Shown: positions 1 through 8,617 of the stretch, in pieces
Position numbering within the stretch: the first letter of the stretch is position 1
How the letters are laid out: the number at the start of each line of letters is the position of its first letter
Source: Candidatus Kaiserbacteria bacterium
GTDB taxonomy: Bacteria; Patescibacteriota; Minisyncoccia; Phycocordibacterales; Phycocordibacteraceae
DNA: 52,940 nt
Reading direction: 5' to 3'
Assembly: GCA_023269035.1 (NCBI GenBank)
Contig: JAHFMJ010000004.1
Location: 1 to 52,940 of the forward strand
Notes under the pieces: generated by a model
Database searches by the model: none
The model's input: only the letters and a program-made list of their open reading frames with translations
What the model was told of the DNA's origin: nothing
Position numbers and translations under genes: made by a program

Positions 1-807
1 GCGCGCTTTGTTGCGAAGATTAAAAATGCCTCGCGAGACGTGCACATCGCGATCGTTGGCAAATACTTTGATACCGGCGACTTTGTCCTCTCCGACGCAT
101 ACCTCTCCGTTATCGAGGCAATCAAGTATTCCGCTGCAGAAGTTGGCGCAAAAGCCAAGATAACCTGGGTCAATGCCAAGGATTTTGAGAAGGACCCGAA
201 GGCAGTTGCATCACTGAAAGAGTATGATGGCATCCTCGTCCCCGGCGGTTTTGGCGAGACGGGCATTGAAGGGAAGATCATGGCAATACAGTACGCGCGT
301 GAAAATACTATCCCGTACTTCGGCCTCTGCTACGGCATGCAGCTCATGTTGGTCGAGTACGCGCGCAATGTCCTCAAGCTCAAGGGTTCGCACACGACCG
401 AAATAGATGCCAACACCAAGCATCCGGTCATCGACGTGATGCCCGAACAGAAAGACATCCTCGCGAAAGAGGACTATGGCGGCACGATGCGCCTCGGTGT
501 CTACCCGGCCGATCTCAAGAAGGGGACCATCGCGGCCAAAGCCTACGGTATGGAGAGTACCGAAGAGCGCCATCGCCACCGTTACGAGGTCAATCCGGAT
601 TACGTCCGCCAGTTCGAGGAAGGAGGTATCGTCTTCTCCGGTGTCTCGCCTTCAGGTGTCCTTATGGAGATAGCCGAGCTCTCGAAGTCGGCGCATCCTT
701 TCATGCTTGGTACCCAATTCCATCCCGAGCTCCAAGCTCGGCCGCTTTCTCCGCACCCGCTCTTCACCGCGTTCCTCAAAGCGTGCGTTGAACGGTCACA
801 GATGTGA
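1..807 (+). CDS. pyrG: CTP synthase, C-terminal glutamine amidotransferase part (5' truncated by window edge)
   Basis: Frame open from base 1; IAIVGKY, DAYLSV, VPGGFG, GLCYGMQ, ERHRHRYE and TQFHPE motifs. Confidence 0.97.
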   Translation, partial: ARFVAKIKNASRDVHIAIVGKYFDTGDFVLSDAYLSVIEAIKYSAAEVGAKAKITWVNAKDFEKDPKAVASLKEYDGILVPGGFGETGIEGKIMAIQYARENTIPYFGLCYGMQLMLVEYARNVLKLKGSHTTEIDANTKHPVIDVMPEQKDILAKEDYGGTMRLGVYPADLKKGTIAAKAYGMESTEERHRHRYEVNPDYVRQFEEGGIVFSGVSPSGVLMEIAELSKSAHPFMLGTQFHPELQARPLSPHPLFTAFLKACVERSQM

Positions 808-810
808 GCC

Positions 811-1566
811 ATGCCTGTGCCCATAAGCCTCGTCTCGGTTAACGTCGAGGGTGAGAGACATCTTGACCTGGTGACCCCGTTCCTCAAGAAGCTCGGGCCC
901 GAGGTCGTCTGCATGCAGGAGCTGTTTGAGGCCGATGTGTCCGCTCTCGAAGCGGTACTCGGACCCTGCTTTTTTGTACCCATGATGCTTCATAAGAGCG
1001 TACGTGGCCTCCTGCCTTGGGGTATCGGGATATTTTCAAGGCTTCCGCTCCGACAGAGCTTCTCTCTTCAGTACGCGGGAAGAGAAGAGGATTCTCTTGC
1101 TCCTTTCGATACCACGTCGCTCGTTACCAGATACCGTACGCAAAAATATCCTCTCGTCGTGGTAAAAATCGGAAAAGAGGATAGTGATTTCACCATCGCG
1201 ACGACGCACTTTCCCTGGACCCCTGATGGAAGGCCGAACGACTTTCAGCGCGAGAGCCTTGCAGCGCTCTTTGCGGCACTCGATGGTATAGGAGAGTTTG
1301 TGCTGTGCGGTGATTTCAACGCGCCGCGCGGCATGGAGATTTTTGACACGATCGCGGGCCGTTACAAAGACACTATTCCTTCAGAGTACAAAACCTCGTT
1401 GGACGGTTCTTTGCATCGCGTGGGCCTTGAGGTGTTTACAAAAGAGGGAATGGATACCTTCATGGTCGACGGCCTTTTTTCTACGCCAGAGTACGACGTG
1501 CGTGAGGTCAGCTTGGTAAACGGCGTGAGCGACCACTGTGCCATCGTTGCCACCATCTGCCGATAG
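811..1566 (+). CDS. Endonuclease/exonuclease/phosphatase (EEP) family protein
   Basis: SVNV, VCMQE, TTH, LCGDFN and SDH motifs. Confidence 0.85.
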   Translation: MPVPISLVSVNVEGERHLDLVTPFLKKLGPEVVCMQELFEADVSALEAVLGPCFFVPMMLHKSVRGLLPWGIGIFSRLPLRQSFSLQYAGREEDSLAPFDTTSLVTRYRTQKYPLVVVKIGKEDSDFTIATTHFPWTPDGRPNDFQRESLAALFAALDGIGEFVLCGDFNAPRGMEIFDTIAGRYKDTIPSEYKTSLDGSLHRVGLEVFTKEGMDTFMVDGLFSTPEYDVREVSLVNGVSDHCAIVATICR

Positions 1567-1621
1567 AGCTTCCACAATCACACATCTGGACAAGTTATTT
1601 CCTCTCGTGCTACCCTCAAGC

Positions 1622-2677
1622 ATGGGAAAAGTAACTGAGGAGACATTCCTCACCTTCGACGACGTACTGATCCGTCCACGCCAGAGCTCGGTGGAGCCTC
1701 GCGAGGCGGATGCCGCAACCTCAATATCAAAAGGCGGCTTTGCGCTATCCATCCCCATCATCTCTGCCGCCATGGACCAGGTGACGGAAACGCAGATGGC
1801 AATCGAGCTCGGGAAGCTCGGCGGTCTCGGTATCATCCACCGCAGCAACACGCTTGAAGAAGAAATAGCCATGGTCCGCGAGGCAAAGAAGAGCGGCGTG
1901 AAGGTAGGCGCGGCATGCAGCGCATTTGATTTGGAGCGCGCCATCGCATTACAGAAAGCCGGCGCAGATGTCATCGCGGTCGACTCTGCGCATGGCCATA
2001 ACATGAACGTCATCGCTGGTGCAAAGAAGATCAAGAAGGCGATAGGCACAACCCCGCTTCTGGTCGGCAACATCGCGACGAAAGAGGCTGCGCTTGAGCT
2101 GGTGCAGTTCGCTGACGGCATCAAGGTGGGCATCGGCCCGGGCTCCATCTGCACCACGCGTATCGTCTCCGGCGTGGGCGTGCCGCAGCTCTCTGCCATC
2201 ATGGAGGTGGTAGCAATCGCGAGGAAGGCGAAAGTCCCGGTCATCGCTGACGGCGGGTTACGCAACTCGGGCGACATCGCTAAAGCGCTCGGCGCTGGTG
2301 CCTCGGCCGTGATGCTTGGCAACCTGCTTGCCGGGACGGATGCTGCGCCGGGCGCACTGGTTGAGATGGACGGCAAGAAGTTCAAGGAATACCGCGGCAT
2401 GGGCTCGCTTGCAGTGCTGAAGAAAGGCAAGGCCAACGACCGTTACCTCGGCACCAGCAAGGGCATCGTCCCTGAAGGTGTTTCCGCGCTTGTGCCCTAC
2501 GCTGGCACGCTGGAGGACGTTGTCTCACGGCTGGTCGGCGGCATCCGGGTCTCGATGGGGTATGTTGGCGCAAAGAACCTTAGTGAATTCGAGAAACGCG
2601 TTGAGTTCATGCGCGTAACGAGCGCGAGCCGCAGGGAAAACGAGCCGCACTCGCTCGCCAAGATCATCGAACGCTAG
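1622..2677 (+). CDS. guaB: IMP dehydrogenase (GuaB/GuaC family), lacking CBS subdomain
   Basis: [45 protein letters not shown] and VPEG motifs; ATG 1622 preferred over upstream GTG. Confidence 0.9.
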   Translation: MGKVTEETFLTFDDVLIRPRQSSVEPREADAATSISKGGFALSIPIISAAMDQVTETQMAIELGKLGGLGIIHRSNTLEEEIAMVREAKKSGVKVGAACSAFDLERAIALQKAGADVIAVDSAHGHNMNVIAGAKKIKKAIGTTPLLVGNIATKEAALELVQFADGIKVGIGPGSICTTRIVSGVGVPQLSAIMEVVAIARKAKVPVIADGGLRNSGDIAKALGAGASAVMLGNLLAGTDAAPGALVEMDGKKFKEYRGMGSLAVLKKGKANDRYLGTSKGIVPEGVSALVPYAGTLEDVVSRLVGGIRVSMGYVGAKNLSEFEKRVEFMRVTSASRRENEPHSLAKIIER

Positions 2678-2704
2678 CAGGCAATTTCCTGTATACTTTT
2701 GCGC

Positions 2705-3418
2705 ATGGGAGAACGACGAGTCTTTTCTGACTCAAAAGCACAAGCGTCTGACATTATTCCAGTTGTCTCTATAAACGGGAAACCCGTTGCTGACAGCGAA
2801 CTCCCATTGGGAATGAGGCGCGCACAGAGCATACCTGAACTCGGTGCCCTGATGGAAGACCCTCAAACGGAAATAGCATTTTTGGAGACTCCTCCAAGTA
2901 GTGCACCAGAAGATGGATTTAAAATTCTTGGAGAGGTCTTATCTTCATCATCTTTCACCTATAAGGCAAATCCTGAAAATGATATTGATTCGTTTTTCAA
3001 AAACCAGGTAATGATAATAAAACAATCCGGCACCAAAGCTCACAAAATAGAAACCGCTCTCGCTACTTTGGCGATCGTGAAGCAGGGTATTTTAGATATA
3101 GCATCCGCATTCCCCAACTACAGTATCGCAGGCTTCCAAAAGAAGGGTCCCGGCCAAAAAGAAGAGGTGACGGGGGATTGGCATACCGATAAAAATATCT
3201 TCCGTGCTCCGCTCGTGGCGGTGCGTACGTTTTCTGGACCTTCTACCGAGTATGCCGAAAAAGGAAAGACAGACCTGGTAATCGCACCTGACCCCGGTTC
3301 TATTGTCGTACATCGATCACCTCATTCTTCAACACTCAAATTTCAGCACCAGAGCCCAAAGAGTATAGACTCCCGTTTTGCTGTAACTATATTCTTTCTT
3401 CCCAAAGAACTAGAGTAA
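2705..3418 (+). CDS. Hypothetical protein, DUF1826/2OG-Fe(II) oxygenase-like C-terminus
   Basis: WHTD, TFSGPSTEY, HQSP and RFAVTI recall the HxD/GPGTE/HRSP/R pattern; TATACT 7 nt before ATG. Confidence 0.5.
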   Translation: MGERRVFSDSKAQASDIIPVVSINGKPVADSELPLGMRRAQSIPELGALMEDPQTEIAFLETPPSSAPEDGFKILGEVLSSSSFTYKANPENDIDSFFKNQVMIIKQSGTKAHKIETALATLAIVKQGILDIASAFPNYSIAGFQKKGPGQKEEVTGDWHTDKNIFRAPLVAVRTFSGPSTEYAEKGKTDLVIAPDPGSIVVHRSPHSSTLKFQHQSPKSIDSRFAVTIFFLPKELE

Positions 3419-3423
3419 CGTAG

Positions 3424-4476
3424 CTAAATTTTTATCACTTCCTCCCACGAGCGGCCGGGGACGCCGAAGTGCCCGTAGGCGGCGGTCTGCTGGAATATTG
3501 GCTTACGGAGGGCCAGGCGCTCGATGATGGCAAGCGGGCGGAAGTCGAAGTTCTTCGCCACTATCTCAGAGAGGTTGGTGCCGCTCTCGTCAAAGGCCTC
3601 GACCATCACCGGGTCGACGCGGCCGATAGCGTAAGCCACCGTCACCAGCACCTTAGTGCCGTAGCCGTTCGCGACAAGGTTCTTCGCGGCAAAGCGGCAC
3701 ATGTAGGCCGCACTACGGTCTACCTTCGTCGCATCTTTGCCGGAAAAGGCGCCGCCGCCGTGCGGCATGAGGCCACCGTAGGTGTCCACCATTATCTTTC
3801 TTCCCGTAAGCCCTGCATCAGCGGCAAAGCCGCCGAGCACGAACTTGCCGGTCGGGTTGACCAGCACCTCCACGCCCTCGAGGCTGCCGAGGACAGGAGT
3901 AAAGAGGTGTTGTATCAATCCAGTGCGTATCTCTTCCTGGCTCGCTTCTTCTGCATGTTGGGTCGAGGTCAGCGCCGTGATGACCTTGCCGTCTTTGATG
4001 GTCACTTGCGTCTTGCCGTCGGGACGGAGGAATTTCAATGTACCGTCGCGGCGTATGGCCTCGAGGCGCCTTGCAAGCGCGTGCGCAAGCACGACGCCAA
4101 GCGGGAGCATCTCTTTAGTCTCGTTGGTCGCGTAACCGTACATGATGCCTTGGTCGCCGGCGCCGCCAGTGTCCACTCCCATCGCGATGTCGCCGGACTG
4201 CTGCACGATCTTGACCAAAATATCGAGAGGGTCGGTGTAGCCGATGTCGCGATACACCTTATCGGCGATGGCTTTGTAATCGACTTTCGCGTTCGTCGTC
4301 ACTTCTCCGCCCATCATCAGCGTGCCGTGGCTGCCGAAGGTCTCGACGGCGACGCGGCTCTTCGGGTCTTGCGCAAGGCACGCGTCAAGGATGGCATCTG
4401 ATATCTGGTCGCACACCTTGTCCGGGTGGCCGGCGGTAACGCTCTCGGTGGTGTAGTACTTCAGTAAGTGGAACAT
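3424..4476 (-). CDS. metK: S-adenosylmethionine synthetase
   Basis: TESVTAGHPDKVCDQISD, GAGDQG, GLTGRKI, GGGAFSGKD and YGHFG motifs. Confidence 0.98.
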   Translation of the reverse strand: MFHLLKYYTTESVTAGHPDKVCDQISDAILDACLAQDPKSRVAVETFGSHGTLMMGGEVTTNAKVDYKAIADKVYRDIGYTDPLDILVKIVQQSGDIAMGVDTGGAGDQGIMYGYATNETKEMLPLGVVLAHALARRLEAIRRDGTLKFLRPDGKTQVTIKDGKVITALTSTQHAEEASQEEIRTGLIQHLFTPVLGSLEGVEVLVNPTGKFVLGGFAADAGLTGRKIMVDTYGGLMPHGGGAFSGKDATKVDRSAAYMCRFAAKNLVANGYGTKVLVTVAYAIGRVDPVMVEAFDESGTNLSEIVAKNFDFRPLAIIERLALRKPIFQQTAAYGHFGVPGRSWEEVIKI

Positions 4477-4488
4477 AGTGGGTATCTA

Positions 4489-4518
4489 GAAATAAATAAT
4501 CTCCTTTTCCAAGGAGAC
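4489..4518 (-). terminator. Intrinsic terminator of the metK leader (riboswitch expression platform)
   Basis: Minus strand TCTCCTT-GGAA-AAGGAGA followed by TTATTTATTT. Confidence 0.7.
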
Positions 4519-4526
4519 GCTTAAAT

Positions 4527-4626
4527 AGTATCTTCCCTTGGGAGGGCTGGAGGGAGCACTTTTTCCTTTTGGGAGAAGTTGCTGAACGGATCGCGAAGCC
4601 AGTGCTTTCCCCGTTCTCTTGATACG
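4527..4626 (-). ncRNA. SAM-I (S-box) riboswitch
   Basis: Minus strand GTATCAAGAG...GAACGG/CCGTTC (P2), CTGG loop pairing with CCAG (pseudoknot), GCAAC...GTGC (P3), CCCT-CCCA-AGGG (P4), closing GATAC (P1); directly upstream of metK; TATAAT at 4653-4648. Confidence 0.92.
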
Positions 4627-4727
4627 TCCTAATTCAGTTGTCCTTCCATTATACGCCCTCATGCCCAAATGCAATAGGCGTTTGGCACAGCTTTGACTCT
4701 CCTCATAGGTAAGCGTACGATGGCGCT

Positions 4728-5075
4728 ATGGGACGGGAATCAGCTCCAGCCAGTAAGTGGAAGACCAGCGCCCCCGCAGCTTCGGTAGACCTCGGACCTT
4801 TTTTCGGTTTTAGGTTCGCAGGACTTGAACTGAGGGAGGGAGATGAGCCGGTCATCGTAACCACGAAAGGGAAGCCTGACTTAACCGGCAAGGCTATCGG
4901 CTTGAGTAAATTGTATCTCGACAACCCGCGCAAGCCCGATAGCGTAGCCGTCGGATTCTCTTTCCATATAACGAATGACGCATTGCATCAGGACAAAACT
5001 CACCCGGGCAATATTATTGTCAACTCGTACGAGATAGACAGCATCACGCCCCCTCCGCGCAAGTCGCAATCCTAG
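4728..5075 (+). CDS. Hypothetical protein
   Basis: ATG-started 115 aa ORF filling the gap; no recognisable motif. Confidence 0.55.
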   Translation: MGRESAPASKWKTSAPAASVDLGPFFGFRFAGLELREGDEPVIVTTKGKPDLTGKAIGLSKLYLDNPRKPDSVAVGFSFHITNDALHQDKTHPGNIIVNSYEIDSITPPPRKSQS

Positions 5076-5123
5076 CTTGAAGTAAGCGCCTTTTTCCGCT
5101 ACTCTTCCCTCTGGATTACTTAT

Positions 5124-5194
5124 TGCGGGATCGTCTAATGGTAGGACTACTGCCTCTGGAGCAGTGTATCTTGGTTCGAATCCAAGTCCCGCAG
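5124..5194 (+). tRNA. tRNA-Gln(CTG), CCA not encoded
   Basis: Acceptor TGCGGGA/TCCCGCA, D-loop TAATGGTA, anticodon arm ACTGC-CTCTGGA-GCAGT, T-arm CTTGG-TTCGAAT-CCAAG. Confidence 0.96.
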
Positions 5195-5281
5195 CTTGTA
5201 AAGTGACCTTATTTTAAAGTCTTATTTGGGAGACCCTTTTTCACTTTGGAACTCCCATGTATAGTACACTTCCATAGCACC

Positions 5282-6052
5282 ATGACTGCCAAAGAGGCAT
5301 TTCGAGTTGAAAATGTTTCGGACCGAAGAGAGTCCGATCCGAATCTTGGTGTAAGGGTCAAGGTTATTGAGGATTGCGATTTCCCGATTGAGGAAGTTGA
5401 GGTCGATGGGCTTAAGACGCTCAAGATTCCGCTCGAGATACTTCGTTATTTCGACGAAGAAGGATACGGCGCGGTGCGTATAAATTCCGCCAAGCTTGCT
5501 GCTCGCTTGCCTAACTATGGCGGAAGTACTGCGCCCGGCCGCTCGCAGACCCCGCATCAAGACCATCTGCCAGCGGATCGTCGGAGGTTTCTCGCGTTTT
5601 GCAAGTCCGATGAAGTCCCCAGAGGATCTTCAACATATGTCATGAATCCCGAGCTCGGACGAAGGATTTTACCAATGCTTCTCGAGCAGTTCGAGGCGCA
5701 TCGTGAATGGTTGCGGGATAATTTCATATATCAGCCGCCGTATCTCGCAACGCAGGAAGAATTGTATCGATGTTTTGAGCCGGGAGGTATACATCGTGTC
5801 GTACAAGCGAGAATTGGCGCAGGAGCTCCTGGTGACGTACGGCTCTTTGCGTACCTAGGACTGATAACGTACCTGATCCAAGGAGAACTCGGCGATCATC
5901 TCGTAGAGGGTATCCTTGAAAAGCATGAAGAATCGGTATTTGTAGAGGACTGGAGCACGCCCGGTATACTTATCGTTGATAATCGACGCATGCTTCATGG
6001 TCGCGCGGGGCCGAATGTTCCCATCCAAAGAAACTGGATGGTTGAAGAATAA
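5282..6052 (+). CDS. TauD/TfdA-like 2OG-Fe(II) dioxygenase-fold protein
   Basis: PHQD (HxD) and W...ILIVDNRRMLHGR C-terminal motif. Confidence 0.6.
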   Translation: MTAKEAFRVENVSDRRESDPNLGVRVKVIEDCDFPIEEVEVDGLKTLKIPLEILRYFDEEGYGAVRINSAKLAARLPNYGGSTAPGRSQTPHQDHLPADRRRFLAFCKSDEVPRGSSTYVMNPELGRRILPMLLEQFEAHREWLRDNFIYQPPYLATQEELYRCFEPGGIHRVVQARIGAGAPGDVRLFAYLGLITYLIQGELGDHLVEGILEKHEESVFVEDWSTPGILIVDNRRMLHGRAGPNVPIQRNWMVEE

Positions 6053-6054
6053 AG

Positions 6055-6081
6055 GTTCCAACGTCGTACCAGATAGCCAGC
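6055..6081 (+). repeat. Degenerate intergenic repeat, copy A (GTTCCAACGTCGTACCAGATAGCCAGC)
   Basis: 21/27 identical to 8566-8592; weaker copies at 8019 and 10521. Confidence 0.55.
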
Positions 6082-6119
6082 CAACAAAATATTAGCGCTT
6101 CGCGCTTAAATTTTGTTGG
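6081..6119. repeat. Inverted repeat/terminator-like hairpin
   Basis: CCAACAAAAT...ATTTTGTTGG arms. Confidence 0.55.
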
Positions 6120-6164
6120 TCCTGAGTGAGCGTAGCGAATCGAAGGGCACCTCGAAGGGCTTCT

Positions 6165-6413
6165 ATGTATTTCCTCTACATACTTGAGTGTAAGAACAAA
6201 TCTCTTTATACAGGAATCACCACTGATGTTGAGCGGAGATTTAACGAACATAAGAATGGTATCGGTGGCCACTATACTCGTTCCCAAGAAGTCGTACGCA
6301 TAGCCTATAGCGAGCGACATCCGGACAGGTCTTCGGCTCTTAAAAGAGAATCACAGATAAAAGGCTGGACACGACAAAAGAAGTTGAATTTGATACAGTT
6401 CGGTCGACCTTAA
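6165..6413 (+). CDS. GIY-YIG nuclease family protein (YhbQ/UPF0213-like), copy 1
   Basis: YFLYILEC, LYTGITTD, RRFNEH and SALKRE.IK motifs. Confidence 0.9.
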   Translation: MYFLYILECKNKSLYTGITTDVERRFNEHKNGIGGHYTRSQEVVRIAYSERHPDRSSALKRESQIKGWTRQKKLNLIQFGRP

Positions 6414-6498
6414 AACGACGGTGCGATGAGAGCGGAAGGTGAATCATATCCCACAGCCAGTTTGAGATAGGCTCGGATTCCGAGGAGCCTAAAATTTT

Positions 6499-7437
6499 AT
6501 GCCAAAACCAGACTTTACACAGATAATTAGAACTCTTGAAGAATATTCTCAAAATCTAAAGGATAATGCGCAAATTGGGAACAGTAAGCTCATACTTGCC
6601 TTCGCTGAAATGATAAGAGCCATGGGGTGGGCGAGTGAACAGGCAGACACCAATAACACACAGATTGAGAATTTAACTTACGAGATTAAAGATTTGAAAG
6701 TAAAATTAGTTACCTACAGTTCGAAGAGTGACATATATACGCGCTGGCTCATCAAGCTTACTGTGGCGCTTGTATTGATTGGGATTCTAACAATCGTTGT
6801 GACGGCAGGGTCAATATGGTTAGGCTATATTACACTTCAGGCAACGACAGATCCTCAGGTCGATTTAACCTGGCAGCATTATCATCCTGGGCAAGACCCA
6901 AGCTTTGTTGATGCAACAAGTACCGTCGATCTGACTCTAAAGAATAACTTTTTCGGTTCAATTGATGACATATTTTTATATGTTGATTACTTTACAGTCG
7001 CCCAAGACAAGCAAGATTTCAATAAGGTTTGGCAGTGTGATTGGCAGAACAACATAAATGCCATTGCTTCAACTTCTATCCTAACTTCCGGACAAAGCTT
7101 TAATTTTTCCTTCCCAATGTTGAATTACTTTTCAAAGGATAGTTACTATGAGACCTTAAAAGGCCTTATAAATGCCGAGTCCATAGTAAGAGTCCGGGTA
7201 GTATTTGTAAAAAATGCGGGTCACACTCCTGAAACCACAGACTTTTATTATGCCGTCCTTGACAATAGAACGCTCGTTCACTACACAAATCTTTACTTAC
7301 CAACCAAAATCCAAACACAGTATGGGGCCACGAGTAGAGACCAACTCATTTCTTTATTAAAAAATTCCAGCATCTCCGACCTTGATACAAGATGTTCACC
7401 ATTTATGTTCGAAAGGCTAAAAGGTTTACAAAAGTAA
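6499..7437 (+). CDS. Hypothetical single-pass membrane protein (AT-rich)
   Basis: Coiled N-terminus, hydrophobic segment WLIKLTVALVLIGILTIVV, beta-rich C-terminus. Confidence 0.7.
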   Translation: MPKPDFTQIIRTLEEYSQNLKDNAQIGNSKLILAFAEMIRAMGWASEQADTNNTQIENLTYEIKDLKVKLVTYSSKSDIYTRWLIKLTVALVLIGILTIVVTAGSIWLGYITLQATTDPQVDLTWQHYHPGQDPSFVDATSTVDLTLKNNFFGSIDDIFLYVDYFTVAQDKQDFNKVWQCDWQNNINAIASTSILTSGQSFNFSFPMLNYFSKDSYYETLKGLINAESIVRVRVVFVKNAGHTPETTDFYYAVLDNRTLVHYTNLYLPTKIQTQYGATSRDQLISLLKNSSISDLDTRCSPFMFERLKGLQK

Positions 7438-7563
7438 CCATTCCGAGGAGGGGCGAAATGGTAGACTGAAAATAGTCAGAAAAGCTTTGTGAGGCGTGAT
7501 GGAGAATTATCCGATTTCGACGAGGCTAGCTCCTCTTTATTAATTTAATGTTACTCTTGCCGC

Positions 7564-8016
7564 ATGCTCGTGTCTCCTCATGCGGCGGTAGGAGCTGCGA
7601 TCGGCGCACTCATACCCAATCCACTGGTCGCTGTTCCACTTGCTCTGGGGAGTCACTATTTTTTAGATACTGTGCTTCATTGGCAGGAAACTCTTGCACC
7701 GTACACGCCAAGTAAGAAAACATACCTCCGCATCTCTTTAGACATACCTCTCGCACTTGGGATAACTACCCTGATTGCATACTGGAACCCGTTGCAAACA
7801 CCCTTAATCTGGGCAGGTGCCCTCGCGGGTACGCTTCCAGACCTCGACGCTCTCTTAGTCCAGGTGCCTTTTTTCTTACGCAAAGGAATTATAAAGATGT
7901 ATTGGGATTGGCATTGCAAAATTCAAAATGAGACAGGCGAGTGGCGAGGAGTTTGGCCACAGTTAGCTGTCATAGCACTTGCTCTTACTGTCTCTTACGG
8001 CCTACGGTTTCTATAG
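7564..8016 (+). CDS. Membrane protein, metal-dependent hydrolase-like
   Basis: PHAAVG, SHYFLD.H and LPDLD motifs in hydrophobic helices. Confidence 0.6.
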   Translation: MLVSPHAAVGAAIGALIPNPLVAVPLALGSHYFLDTVLHWQETLAPYTPSKKTYLRISLDIPLALGITTLIAYWNPLQTPLIWAGALAGTLPDLDALLVQVPFFLRKGIIKMYWDWHCKIQNETGEWRGVWPQLAVIALALTVSYGLRFL

Positions 8017-8039
8017 TTGCTCCAACATCGTCCCAGCTA

Positions 8040-8561
8040 ATGAAAAACAGGTATTACGTTACAGGAGTGAGCGGCACCGGCAAATCGACAATTGCCGAAG
8101 AGCTCAACAAGCGGGGGATAGTTGCCATTGATCAAGACTCTGATGAGTACGAGCTGTGTAGTTGGAAACATACTGAAACCATGGAAGATGCTGTATTCGA
8201 ATATGGCATCGGAAAAGCATTTCTTGAAGCGCATGACTATTACTGCGATGTAGAAAAATTAAAACGCTTGTTGGATACAGCAAAAGGCCCGGCATTTGTG
8301 CTCGGCGTAAGTGCAAACCAAGACGAGTATCTCGATCTTTTTGACAAGGTATTTCTTCTCCACTGTTCAGAGGAGACATTTATTAAAAGGATCAACGCTC
8401 GTACGACCAATGACTTTGGGAAACATGAATCGGAACGGGAGCACCTCTTGGGGTGGTACAAAGAACTTGAGCGAGGGCTTATGGATAAAGGGGCAATCGT
8501 CATAGACACGGAAGGCCCGGTCGAAGGCGTCATCGAGGAAATTTTAAGGCATACAACGTAA
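8040..8561 (+). CDS. P-loop nucleoside/nucleotide kinase-like protein
   Basis: YVTGVSGTGKST Walker A; RINARTTNDFGK lid. Confidence 0.8.
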   Translation: MKNRYYVTGVSGTGKSTIAEELNKRGIVAIDQDSDEYELCSWKHTETMEDAVFEYGIGKAFLEAHDYYCDVEKLKRLLDTAKGPAFVLGVSANQDEYLDLFDKVFLLHCSEETFIKRINARTTNDFGKHESEREHLLGWYKELERGLMDKGAIVIDTEGPVEGVIEEILRHTT

Positions 8562-8565
8562 GGGA

Positions 8566-8592
8566 GTTACAACTTCGTACCAGACGATCAGC
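8566..8592 (+). repeat. Degenerate intergenic repeat, copy B (GTTACAACTTCGTACCAGACGATCAGC)
   Basis: 21/27 identical to 6055-6081; lies just after a stop codon. Confidence 0.55.
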
Positions 8593-8617
8593 AAATTTAA
8601 TAAAGTATAGTGTTCAT

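Noticed and set aside
3469-4401. Long antisense ORFs over metK, guaB and other GC-rich genes (e.g. 1381-2436, 10482-11411, 13067-13831, 25096-25863)
   Set aside because: Shadow ORFs from codon bias, opposite genes with clear motifs.
7441-7535. GGCGAAATGGTAGAC resembling a tRNA-Leu D-arm
   Set aside because: No T-arm or acceptor stem can be built; at most a remnant.
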